Of a stretch of DNA of 52,154 nt, positions 9,449-21,378 are shown in pieces. Position 1 is the first letter of the stretch; the number at the start of each line of letters is the position of its first letter. A model generated the notes under the pieces. The model was given only the letters and a program-made list of their open reading frames with translations. It had not been told where the DNA came from and ran no database searches. The stretch comes from Dactylosporangium sp. (GTDB taxonomy: Bacteria > Actinomycetota > Actinomycetes > Mycobacteriales > Micromonosporaceae), in the NCBI GenBank assembly GCA_025965915.1, contig JAOPWA010000079.1, forward strand, positions 1 through 52,154, given 5' to 3'. Made by a program: the position numbers and the translations under genes.

Positions 9449-10198
9449 ATGGCCCGAGTCGCGATCGTTACCGGTGCAGCCCGTGGGATCGGCGCCGCCA
9501 CTGCCGAGCGGTTGGCCGCCGACGGGTTCGACGTCGCCGTGCTGGACCTCGACGAGGCGGCGTGCAAGGACACCGTCGGTCGGATCACCGAGACCGGGCG
9601 CCGCGCCCTCGCGGTCGGCGCGGACGTCTCCGACGCCGCGGCTGTCGACGCCGCCGTCAGCCGGATCGCCGAGGAGCTCGGTGCGCCGAGTGTGCTGGTC
9701 AACAATGCCGGCGTCCTCCGTGACAACCTGCTGTTCAAGATGAGCGACAGTGACTGGGACACCGTCATGAACGTGCACCTGCGCGGCGCGTTCCTGATGA
9801 GCCGGGCGGCCCAGAAGTACATGACCGAGCAGAAGTGGGGTCGCATCGTCAACCTGTCCAGCAGCTCCGCGCTGGGCAACCGCGGTCAGGCCAACTACTC
9901 GGCGGCCAAGGCCGGCCTACAGGGCTTCACCAAGACTCTCGCGATCGAGCTCGGGCAGTTCGGCATCACGGTCAACGCGGTAGCGCCGGGCTTCATCGTC
10001 ACCGACATGACAGCCGCGACCGCTGCGCGGGTCGGCATGGACTTCGAGGAGTTCCAGGCCGGCGCCGCCAAGCAGATCCCGGTACGCCGGGTCGGCCGCC
10101 CCGACGACGTCGCGCACACGATCTCGTTCCTCGCCAGCGAGGGCGCGGGTTTCGTGTCGGGACAGGTCATCTACGTCGCCGGCGGACCACTCAGCTGA
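9449..10198 (+). CDS. fabG: 3-oxoacyl-ACP/CoA reductase (SDR)
   Basis: TGAARGIG, NNAG and YSAAK catalytic motif. Confidence 0.9.
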   Translation: MARVAIVTGAARGIGAATAERLAADGFDVAVLDLDEAACKDTVGRITETGRRALAVGADVSDAAAVDAAVSRIAEELGAPSVLVNNAGVLRDNLLFKMSDSDWDTVMNVHLRGAFLMSRAAQKYMTEQKWGRIVNLSSSSALGNRGQANYSAAKAGLQGFTKTLAIELGQFGITVNAVAPGFIVTDMTAATAARVGMDFEEFQAGAAKQIPVRRVGRPDDVAHTISFLASEGAGFVSGQVIYVAGGPLS

Positions 10199-10200
10199 CG

Positions 10201-11379
10201 ATGGACGCCATTGAGCTTCGCGAGCGGGTACGCGACTTCCTGCGTGGCCACGACCCGGCCACGACCGACCGGCAGGAGTTCCTGCGCGCCCGCTTCGACG
10301 CGGGCCTGGCCTGGATCAGCTTCCCGCAACGTCTGGGCGGCCTGGGCGCACCGCGTGCGCTGCAGCCCGTCGTCGACGACGAGTTCGCGGCTGCCGGGGC
10401 GCCCGACAACGACCCGATGCGCATCGCCATCGGGCTCGGCATGGCCGCCCCGACGATCCTGCGCCACGGCAGCGACGAGCAGCGCAGGCGGTGGCTGCGC
10501 CCGCTGTGGACCGGCGAGGAGGTGTGGTGCCAGCTGTTCAGCGAGCCCGGCGCCGGCTCCGACCTCGCCGCCCTCGGCACCCGCGCGACCAAGGACGGCG
10601 ACGGCTGGATCGTCGACGGGCAGAAGGTCTGGACGTCGCTGGCACACGAGGCCCGGTGGGCGATCCTGATCGCGCGCACCGATCCGGCGCTGCCCAAGCA
10701 CCAGGGCATCACCTACTTCGTCTGCGACATGACCGACCCGGGCGTCGAGGTGCGGCCGCTTCGGCAGATCACCGGCGAGGCCGAGTTCAACGAGGTGTTC
10801 CTCACCGGGGTCCGTATCCCCGACGCGCACCGCCTCGGCGAGGTCGGCGAGGGCTGGCGGGTCGCGCAGACCACGCTGATGAACGAGCGGGTCGCGATCG
10901 GCGGTGGCGCCGCGCCGCGCGAGGCGGGCTTTGTCGGCGTCGTGGCAAGGGCCTGGCGGGAGCGGCCGGAGCTGCGCAGCCCCGGCCACCACGACACGCT
11001 GATGCGGCTGTGGGTGGCCGCCGAGGCGGGACGGCTGGCCGCCCAGCGGCTGGGCGAGCAGTTGGCCGCCGGCCAGCCGGGCTTCGAGGGCTCCGCCGTG
11101 AAGTACGCGTACGCGCGGCTCAACCAGGAGATCTCCGGCTTCGAGCTGGAACTGATGGGCGAGGACGGCCTGCGCTACGACGACTACACGATGCGCCGGC
11201 CGACCATCTCCGACTGGCGGCAGCGCTCGCCGGGCTACCGGTACCTGCGGGCCAAGGGTAACTCCATCGAGGGCGGCACCTCGGAGATCCTCGCGAACAT
11301 CATCGCCGAGCGGGTGCTCGGCCTTCCGCAGGAGATCCGGGTCGACAAGGACGTCGCGTGGAAGGACCTGGCCCGATGA
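10201..11379 (+). CDS. acyl-CoA dehydrogenase (WCQLFSEP type)
   Basis: WCQLFSEPGAGSDLA, GQKVWTS and SIEGGTSEI. Confidence 0.94.
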   Translation: MDAIELRERVRDFLRGHDPATTDRQEFLRARFDAGLAWISFPQRLGGLGAPRALQPVVDDEFAAAGAPDNDPMRIAIGLGMAAPTILRHGSDEQRRRWLRPLWTGEEVWCQLFSEPGAGSDLAALGTRATKDGDGWIVDGQKVWTSLAHEARWAILIARTDPALPKHQGITYFVCDMTDPGVEVRPLRQITGEAEFNEVFLTGVRIPDAHRLGEVGEGWRVAQTTLMNERVAIGGGAAPREAGFVGVVARAWRERPELRSPGHHDTLMRLWVAAEAGRLAAQRLGEQLAAGQPGFEGSAVKYAYARLNQEISGFELELMGEDGLRYDDYTMRRPTISDWRQRSPGYRYLRAKGNSIEGGTSEILANIIAERVLGLPQEIRVDKDVAWKDLAR

Positions 11380-12449
11380 GTCTTCTGTACACCGATGTCG
11401 AAGAAGAGCTGCGGGGGGCGGTCCGCCGGGTGCTCGCCGACCGGGCACCGTGGGTCGGCGTGCTCGCGCGCACCGAAAGCGACGAGCCATACGACCGTTC
11501 GCTCTGGCGCACCCTGGCCGCCGACATCGGCTGCGCCGCGCTGCCCGTACCCGAGAAGTTCGGCGGCGCGGGCGCCTCCTGGCGTGAGGTGGCGGTCGTG
11601 GCCGAGGAGCTGGGTCGCGCGGTGGCTCCGGTGCCCCATCTCGGGGCGTCGATGGCCACCGCGGCGCTCATCGCCGTCGAGGACGAGGATCTGCTGGCGG
11701 CGGTGTCGACCGGGGAGCGCACCGTGGTGCCTGCCGTGGCGCTGTCCGATCCGCCGTGGTCGCCGCGTCGGCAGGTGCGCGCCGACGGCGACGTGGTGAC
11801 CGGCACCGTCACCAGCGTCGCTGACGCGCTCGCGGCCGATGTGCTGCTCGTGTACGCCGACGACGCGCTCTACGCCGTCGAGGCCGCCGACGCCACCCGT
11901 ACCCCGGTGCTTTCCCTCGATCTGACCCGGCGGCTGTGTGACGTCTCGTTCGACGCGACCCCGGCCAGGCGACTCGCGAGCCGCGACGCGGCCCGTAACG
12001 CCTGGTCGCACGCCCACTGGGGCGGTGCGGCGCTGCTCGCCAGCGAGCAGCTAGGCCTCGCGGAGTGGTGCCTCGAGACGACCGTCGAGTACGTGAAGAC
12101 CCGCCACCAGTTCGGCCGGCCGGTCGGCTCGTTCCAGGCGCTCAAGCACCGGCTCGCCGAGCTGTGGGTCGCGATCACGCAGGCTCGCGCGGTGGCCCGG
12201 TATGCCGCCGGGTGCCTGGCCGACGACGACCCGGACGCCGCGGTGGCGGCCTCGCTCGCCCAGGCCCACTGCGGGCCGATCGCAGTCCGGGCGGCGGAGG
12301 AGTGCGTGCAGATGCATGGCGGTATCGCGATGACGTGGGAGCATCCGGCGCACCTGTACCTCAAGCGGGCCAAGAGCGCGTCGATCGCGCTGGGCACCCC
12401 CGGGCATCACCGTGCCGAGCTGGCGAAGCTGGTCGATCTGCCCAGCTGA
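11376..12449 (+). CDS. acyl-CoA dehydrogenase (likely heteromeric partner)
   Basis: RHQFGRPVGSFQALKH and QMHGGIAMTWEH; ATGA overlap with the upstream ACAD. Confidence 0.92.
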   Translation: MSLLYTDVEEELRGAVRRVLADRAPWVGVLARTESDEPYDRSLWRTLAADIGCAALPVPEKFGGAGASWREVAVVAEELGRAVAPVPHLGASMATAALIAVEDEDLLAAVSTGERTVVPAVALSDPPWSPRRQVRADGDVVTGTVTSVADALAADVLLVYADDALYAVEAADATRTPVLSLDLTRRLCDVSFDATPARRLASRDAARNAWSHAHWGGAALLASEQLGLAEWCLETTVEYVKTRHQFGRPVGSFQALKHRLAELWVAITQARAVARYAAGCLADDDPDAAVAASLAQAHCGPIAVRAAEECVQMHGGIAMTWEHPAHLYLKRAKSASIALGTPGHHRAELAKLVDLPS

Positions 12450-12466
12450 CCGCCTATCCTGGCGGC

Positions 12467-15945
<3,479 letters not shown>

Positions 15946-15951
<6 letters not shown>

Positions 15952-16027
15952 GGCGCGAGACCGCGGAAGCGCTAGGGCGCGAGACCGCGGAAGCGCTAGG
16001 GGGCGAGACCGCAGAAGCGCGCTAGGG
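15946..16027. repeat. 24-bp tandem repeat, about 3.3 copies, starting at the ltaE stop codon
   Basis: cgctagggcgcgagaccgcggaag at 15946 and 15970, variant at 15994, partial at 16020. Confidence 0.95.
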
Positions 16028-16099
16028 CAACTGGACTGGTATCCCGCGCAGACCGCGCTCATCCCGGACCTCGAAGAAGGTCATTACTTCAACGAGTAG
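16028..16099 (+). pseudogene. 3' relic of an NAD-dependent epimerase/SDR-like gene
   Basis: Translates QLDWYPAQTALIPDLEEGHYFNE*, resembling the LGWxPxxxxLIxDLxxGHYF C-terminus of extended SDRs; no 5' part present. Confidence 0.5.
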
Positions 16100-16143
16100 A
16101 CGAGTAAGTCCTGAAGTGCCCGACAGTTAGGACTTACTCGTCT
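16098..16143. terminator. 15-bp perfect inverted repeat between converging ltaE and nfo (bidirectional terminator or REP-like element)
   Basis: agacgagtaagtcct (16098-16112) / aggacttactcgtct (16129-16143); includes part of the nfo 3' end. Confidence 0.65.
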
Positions 16144-17023
16144 GGGGTGCGAGAGACCGTAGAAGCGCGATGTCCGCGGGATGGCCCGCGCCGTCGGCAT
16201 TCGGCGTTTCGACGATGACGGGTACGCCCTGAGCCGCCGGATGCGCCAGCAGTTCGGCGAAGGGCGCGGCGCCGATCGTGCCCTTGCCCACCGACTCGTG
16301 CCGGTCGCGGGTGGAGCCGCAGGTGTCCTTGGAGTCGTTGGCGTGCACCAGCCACAGCCGGTCCGCGCCGACGGCGGCCACCAGCGCGTCGAGAGTCGCG
16401 CTCATGCCCCCCGGTGCGGCCAGGTCGTGACCGGCGGCCCAGGCGTGGCAGGTGTCGAAGCAGGTGCCCAGCCATGGGTGGCGCCCGACGGCGTCCAGGT
16501 AGGGGCCGAGGTCCTCCACCCGCGCGGCGAGGGAGCGGCCGCCGCCCGCGCTGGGCTCGACCAGCAGCTTGGGCAAACCTTGCGCCGCCGCCCGGTCGAG
16601 CAGCGGCAGCAGCCCTTCGCGTACCTGTTCAATGGCCTTGTCGGCGTGCCCGGCGTCCACCGCGCTGCCGGCGTGGAACACGACGCCGCGGGCGCCGATC
16701 GCCGCGGCGCGGCTCAGCGCGTGCTCAAGCGTGGCGAGGGAGCGCTCGACCGTGGCCGGTGTCGGTGAGCCGAGGTTGACCAGCAGCGACGCGTGTACGT
16801 AGGCGACCACCCCACGGTCGGCACAGCCGCCTGCGAACGCCTCGTCCTGGCGCGGGTCGCCCGCCGCGAGGGCCCAGCCACGGGGGTTGGACACGTACAC
16901 CTGAACCGCCGCGGCTTCGCTGCGCTCCAGGTAGCGCAGTCCGGCCTTGGCCAGTCCACCCGAGACCGTGGCGTGGCCGCCGATCGGCGAGCGGGGACCG
17001 GCATTTTGATCTAGAAGAACCAC
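16127..17023 (-). CDS. nfo: endonuclease IV (AP endonuclease)
   Basis: QVYVSNPRGW, VHASLLVNLGS, VVFHAGS, CFDTCH, HANDSK..GSTRDRH and IVETP; start codon uncertain. Confidence 0.92.
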   Translation of the reverse strand: MVLLDQNAGPRSPIGGHATVSGGLAKAGLRYLERSEAAAVQVYVSNPRGWALAAGDPRQDEAFAGGCADRGVVAYVHASLLVNLGSPTPATVERSLATLEHALSRAAAIGARGVVFHAGSAVDAGHADKAIEQVREGLLPLLDRAAAQGLPKLLVEPSAGGGRSLAARVEDLGPYLDAVGRHPWLGTCFDTCHAWAAGHDLAAPGGMSATLDALVAAVGADRLWLVHANDSKDTCGSTRDRHESVGKGTIGAAPFAELLAHPAAQGVPVIVETPNADGAGHPADIALLRSLAPQTSKS

Positions 17024-17058
17024 AACACGACCTGATCTAGAAGCACCACAACACGACC
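17007..17058. repeat. 26-bp direct tandem duplication of the kinase 3' end
   Basis: tgatctagaagaaccacaacacgacc / tgatctagaagcaccacaacacgacc (one mismatch). Confidence 0.95.
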
Positions 17059-19076
17059 GACGTGCCCGGCGGCACCTGCTGTCCGGCCGCGGGATTCTGG
17101 ATGCGGACCTTGCCGCCGCCGATGACCTGCGCCTGCAGACCTACTTGGGCGAGCATCTGACGGGCCTCCTCGACGTCACGACCGTTCACGTCCGGTACGG
17201 CGACCGCGGCGGGCCCCTTGCTCACTGTCAGCGTGATCGTCGCGCCGGGCTCCACGCCCGTGCCGTCCACGGGGTCCTGCGCCAGCACGGTGTTGGCCGG
17301 CTTGGTGCTGTCCTGCTGCTGGACGGCGACCTTGAGGCCCTGCCCGGTCAGCGTGCCCTGGGCCTGGTCGAGCGGCTGACCGATGACGCTCGGCACGGTG
17401 ACCGGCGCCCTGCCGCGGCTGACCTTGAGCAGGATCTTCGTGTTGGGCTTCACCGAGGTCTGGGCCGCCGGGTCGGTGCCCACGACCATGCCGGCCGGTA
17501 CGACGTCGTCGTATACCTGCGTGACCTGTACCGCGAGCTTGAGCTGGGTCAACTCGTTCTGGGCGAGGGCGGCGTCCTTGCCCGCCTCGTCGGGCACCGC
17601 GTAGCGCTCCGGCCCGAGTGAGAGCGACAACGTGATCGTGCTGCCCCCGACGACTCGCCGGCCCGCTTCCGGGTTCTGTGCCACCACCGTGTCCCTGGGG
17701 ACCTTCTCATCGAAGCGGCCGGCATCGAAGCGCACCGTGAAGCCGTTCTGCCGGGCGAGCGTGACCGCCTGGGACTTCTGGACGTCGACGAGACTCGGCG
17801 CCGTGGTGAAGCGACCCACCCCGAACCACCAGCCGCCGACGGCTACCACCAGACCGAGTACCGCCAGGACGGCGGCGACAGTGAGCCGGCCCCGCGGATT
17901 GCCGAGCACCTGCTCCTTGAGATGTTTGAGGCCACCGCCGGCCGGCTCGTCGTCGTCGATCCGGGGTCGCCGCGTGGGGGGCTCGCTGCGCGGCTGGGTA
18001 CGGGGTTCGGGCAGTCGGGCCCATTGCGGCCGATTTTGCGCCAACGTCGGATCCACGTGCCGCGGCAAGATTTCCGTCAACGGTGGCATTTCCGCCCGGT
18101 GCATGTGGGCCGTCGCGTCGACGTCCTGGTGGGCGTCGTATCGCGGAACCGCCACTGTCGGTGCGGCCTCGGGCCGGAAGCGGACGGGCTCGGTGACGGT
18201 GCCGAGATCGTCGCGGGCGTCCTGCACCTCCGCCAGCATGGCCCCGGCGTCGGTGGGGCGGGCGCCCGGATCCCGGCGGGTCGCGCGGATCACCAGGTCG
18301 TCGAGGACCGGCGGCAGGCCGGGCACGAACCGCGACGGTGGCGGAACGTCACGGTCGACGTGCTGCCAGGCGACCTCGACCGGCCGTTCCGCTTCGTAGG
18401 GCACCCGGCCGGTGAGCATCTCGAACAGCACGACGCCGGCGGAGTACACATCGGCTCGCGGGTCGGCGTGCCCGTTGGTGACCAGCTCCGGCGCGACGTA
18501 GGCGACGGTCGCGAGCAGTTGGCCACCGCTGCTCGGGGCCTCCGTGCTGGCCTCCTCCACGGCCCGGGCAAGCCCGAAGTCGGCGACCTTGACCACACTG
18601 TCGAGCAGGCTGTGGTTGGGCGCCTCGGCGACCAGGACGTTTTCCGGCTTGACGTCGCGGTGCACCAGTCCGGCGCGGTGAGCGGCGGCGATCGCGGCCA
18701 GCATCTGCTCCATGATCGCCAGTGCGTCGGCCGGCTGAAGCCGCCGCTTGTCGGCGAGGAACTCCCGAAGCGTCCGCCCTCGCACGTACTCCAGCACCAG
18801 ATAGGGCAGGCCCTCGTGGGTGCCCTGGTCATAGACGGCGACGACGTTCGGGTGGGTCAGCCGCGCGATCACCTTCGCCTCGTCGGTGAACCGCTCGAGG
18901 AACTTCGGCTCCTTGGCCTGCGCCGGGTGGATGATCTTCAGCGCGACGGTCCGCTCCAGGCGTTCGTCCATCGCGGTGTAGACGGTCGCCATCCCGCCCC
19001 GTGCGACCCGCGCGCGAACGCGGTAGCGTCCGTCGATGAGCGCCCCGATGAGAGTGTCGGCGACTGTCGTGTCCAT
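17037..19076 (-). CDS. pknL: Stk1/PknL-type Ser/Thr kinase with PASTA domains
   Basis: ARGGMATVY, HRDVKPEN, DFGLA and APE; one TM helix; four PASTA-like repeats; adjacent to an Rv2175c homolog. Confidence 0.93.
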   Translation of the reverse strand: MDTTVADTLIGALIDGRYRVRARVARGGMATVYTAMDERLERTVALKIIHPAQAKEPKFLERFTDEAKVIARLTHPNVVAVYDQGTHEGLPYLVLEYVRGRTLREFLADKRRLQPADALAIMEQMLAAIAAAHRAGLVHRDVKPENVLVAEAPNHSLLDSVVKVADFGLARAVEEASTEAPSSGGQLLATVAYVAPELVTNGHADPRADVYSAGVVLFEMLTGRVPYEAERPVEVAWQHVDRDVPPPSRFVPGLPPVLDDLVIRATRRDPGARPTDAGAMLAEVQDARDDLGTVTEPVRFRPEAAPTVAVPRYDAHQDVDATAHMHRAEMPPLTEILPRHVDPTLAQNRPQWARLPEPRTQPRSEPPTRRPRIDDDEPAGGGLKHLKEQVLGNPRGRLTVAAVLAVLGLVVAVGGWWFGVGRFTTAPSLVDVQKSQAVTLARQNGFTVRFDAGRFDEKVPRDTVVAQNPEAGRRVVGGSTITLSLSLGPERYAVPDEAGKDAALAQNELTQLKLAVQVTQVYDDVVPAGMVVGTDPAAQTSVKPNTKILLKVSRGRAPVTVPSVIGQPLDQAQGTLTGQGLKVAVQQQDSTKPANTVLAQDPVDGTGVEPGATITLTVSKGPAAVAVPDVNGRDVEEARQMLAQVGLQAQVIGGGKVRIQNPAAGQQVPPGTSVVLWCF

Positions 19077-19137
19077 CGGCAGCGAGTGTACGGCGGATGA
19101 CGACCAGACGTTTAGTCTGGCGGCCCGGCGCGAAAAA

Positions 19138-19920
19138 TCAGGGTGTCGGCGCGGCCGATGCAGTGGCGCTCGGTAATGGGCCGTCACTGACCGTAGTCGA
19201 AGGCGTTGATACGGGTCCCGGACTGCTCGGCGGTGCCACGGTGGTCACCGCGACGGACGGGGCGGGTTTCGTCGGGCCGGCGGGGCGCGCGGTGCGGGTC
19301 GCCGACGGGCGTACCGACGCCGATACCGACGGTGACGGCGGATGCGACACCGGGGCCTGGCGGTGGCGGGGCGTCTTGGAGGTCACGACGTGCGGAGCGC
19401 TCGCCGGTGCCGTCTTCTGGGGGGCGACCGGCGTCCCGGCCGAGTCCACCAGCAGGATCCCCAGACCGCCCGTGACGGCCAGGAAGGTCCCGGTGGCCGA
19501 CGCGGCGACCACGGTCGCCACGGCCAGCGCGGCCATCACCCGGCGCGGATCACGCAGCGGCGACCATATGCTCTCCCGCACCTGCAGCGGCCGGCTCTCC
19601 TGCGGCGGCAGCGGCCGGCTGTGCCAGTCGTCGGTCTCCCCGCCGACTCCGACCGGGGCGCTCGCGCCGCCGACTCCGACCGGGGCGCTCGCGCCGCCGA
19701 AGCCGATCGGGGTACTCGCGCCGCCGAAGCCGATCGGGGTACTCGCGCCGTCAAAGCCGATCGGGGTGCTCCCGCCGGCGCGGTTCCCGGTTTCGACGGT
19801 GGCCTTGGGCTCGATGTTGGCCTTGGACTCGACATCGGCCTTGGACCGGTGGTCGAGGTCGTAACGGACCGAACGCCACGCGCCGAGGACCTCTCGGCGC
19901 ACTGTGTCCCAGGGCTTCAC
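19138..19920 (-). CDS. hypothetical membrane protein with low-complexity repeats
   Basis: N-terminal VRREVLGAWRSVRYDL, one TM segment and a Pro/Ser/Thr-rich tail. Confidence 0.65.
   Translation of the reverse strand: MKPWDTVRREVLGAWRSVRYDLDHRSKADVESKANIEPKATVETGNRAGGSTPIGFDGASTPIGFGGASTPIGFGGASAPVGVGGASAPVGVGGETDDWHSRPLPPQESRPLQVRESIWSPLRDPRRVMAALAVATVVAASATGTFLAVTGGLGILLVDSAGTPVAPQKTAPASAPHVVTSKTPRHRQAPVSHPPSPSVSASVRPSATRTARPAGPTKPAPSVAVTTVAPPSSPGPVSTPSTTVSDGPLPSATASAAPTP
19641..19775. repeat. 27-bp in-frame tandem repeat x5 (GASTPIGFG / GASAPVGVG)
   Basis: cgccgactccgaccggggcgctcgcgc x2, cgccgaagccgatcggggtactcgcgc x2, plus one variant. Confidence 0.95.
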
Positions 19921-20018
19921 GACGCTGTCCCTTTCAGTACCGTCTCTCGCGGTTCGTGGTTTCGTAGTTTGCGGGGGTCTATGAGATCTCTGGCTGTCAG
20001 GCGTGGCAGGGTGAAGGG

Positions 20019-20366
20019 GTGACCGACGACGCTGAGCAGCCGACCCGCTGGCTGAACCTGCCGGACATCGCCGAGCAGCTGGGGATTCCGATCACGAGGG
20101 TGCATCAGATGCTGCGGGACAACGCGCTCATCGCAGTGCGCCGCGACGGCGTGCTGCGGGTGCCCGCCGAGCTCGTGGCCGGCGACAACGTACTCAAGCA
20201 CCTCCCCGGAGTGCTCACCTTGCTGCGTGACTCTGGGTATAACGACGAAGAGGCGCTTCAGTGGCTGTATACGCCCGACGAGACGCTTCCGGGCACTCCG
20301 GCGACCGCGTTGTCTGGTGACCGGGCCAGGGAGGTCAAGCGCCGCGCACAGGCGCTGGGATACTGA
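20019..20366 (+). CDS. Rv2175c family DNA-binding protein
   Basis: WLNLPDIAEQLG, LKHLPGVLTLLRDSGY and EVKRRAQALG. Confidence 0.92.
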   Translation: MTDDAEQPTRWLNLPDIAEQLGIPITRVHQMLRDNALIAVRRDGVLRVPAELVAGDNVLKHLPGVLTLLRDSGYNDEEALQWLYTPDETLPGTPATALSGDRAREVKRRAQALGY

Positions 20367-20378
20367 CCGGCCGGTCAG

Positions 20379-20852
20379 GTGCGCCACCTCATCTACCTCG
20401 GCGTACTGCTCGGCTGCCTGGCCGGGGCCCTCTGGCTGGAGCCGATCCTGCGGGTTGGCGTGCTGCGCCAGCGGCGGCGACTGCTGTTGACGCTGCTGCC
20501 GGTCGTCGTCGTGTTCACGGCATGGGACCTCGCCGCGATCGCAGCCGGTCACTGGACCTTCGACCCGGCCCGGACCACCGGGATACTGCTGCCGGGGCGG
20601 CTGCCGCTGGAAGAGTTGCTCTTCTTCCTGGTCGTACCGGTCTGCGCAGTGCTCGGCTTCGAGGCGGTCCGCACGGTGCTGGCCCGCCGGGGCACAGGAT
20701 CGCCACGGCCACCCGGCCCGAACTCGCCTCAACGCCCCGCCCCACGGTCGTTACAACTTCCGGGACATTCTGATCTCAGCGGGGGCCGAAGGCCACTACT
20801 TCCCAGTAACCAATCCGAGCGTTCACCCGACAGTCATCGGGAGACGCCGTGA
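20379..20852 (+). CDS. lycopene cyclase domain protein (heterodimeric cyclase subunit)
   Basis: AWDLAAIAAGHWTF and PLEELLFF motifs; about 50-aa low-complexity C-terminal tail. Confidence 0.88.
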   Translation: MRHLIYLGVLLGCLAGALWLEPILRVGVLRQRRRLLLTLLPVVVVFTAWDLAAIAAGHWTFDPARTTGILLPGRLPLEELLFFLVVPVCAVLGFEAVRTVLARRGTGSPRPPGPNSPQRPAPRSLQLPGHSDLSGGRRPLLPSNQSERSPDSHRETP

Positions 20853-21151
20853 CGTACACGGTCGCGGCGGTGCTCGGCGTGCTCGGTGCGCTCATCGTCG
20901 ATGTCGCGCTGTTACGGACCCGGCTGGTGGCCCGGCTGACGTTCTGGGCCACGTACCCGATCATCTTTGCTTTTCAACTGCTGTCCAACGGGGTGCTGAC
21001 GGGGCTCGGGGTGGTGCGTTACAACCCGGAGGCCATCCTGGGCCTGCGGATCGCGTACGCGCCGGTGGAGGACCTCGCGTTCGGCTTCGCTCTCGTGCTG
21101 ACGTCACTGTCGGTATGGGTGTGGCTAGGGCGTAGGGAGGCCCAGCCCTAG
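20849..21151 (+). CDS. lycopene cyclase domain protein (second subunit)
   Basis: NGVLTG, ILGLRIAYAPVEDLAFG; GTGA overlap with the first subunit. Confidence 0.88.
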   Translation: MTYTVAAVLGVLGALIVDVALLRTRLVARLTFWATYPIIFAFQLLSNGVLTGLGVVRYNPEAILGLRIAYAPVEDLAFGFALVLTSLSVWVWLGRREAQP

Positions 21152-21160
21152 CGAGACGGT

Positions 21161-21310
21161 TTACCGTCGCTCGGCCACGAACGTGCCGCGCTGGGGAACC
21201 GTGAACACCAACCCACGTTCCCGCACGGTCGCTATCGCATGGCGCACCGTGCCACGGGCCACCCCGTACTGCTGCTGGAGTGTGGACTCGCTCGGCACGG
21301 GGCGCTCGAT
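21161..21310 (-). pseudogene. 5'-truncated small GntR winged-helix regulator
   Basis: Minus strand reads RPVPSESTLQQQYGVARGTVRHAIATVRERGLVFTVPQRGTFVAERR*; helix 1 is missing and the sequence breaks at the 21311 palindrome. Confidence 0.8.
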
Positions 21311-21368
21311 TCCATGATCAGGGAGAGTTTGGGGTGCTATAGCGCCGCAAACTCTCCCTGATCATGGA
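21311..21368. repeat. 58-bp palindromic (REP/MITE-like) element
   Basis: tccatgatcagggagagtttg / caaactctccctgatcatgga (21-bp perfect arms) with a near-palindromic centre gctatagc. Confidence 0.9.
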
Positions 21369-21378
21369 GAGGGATGAG

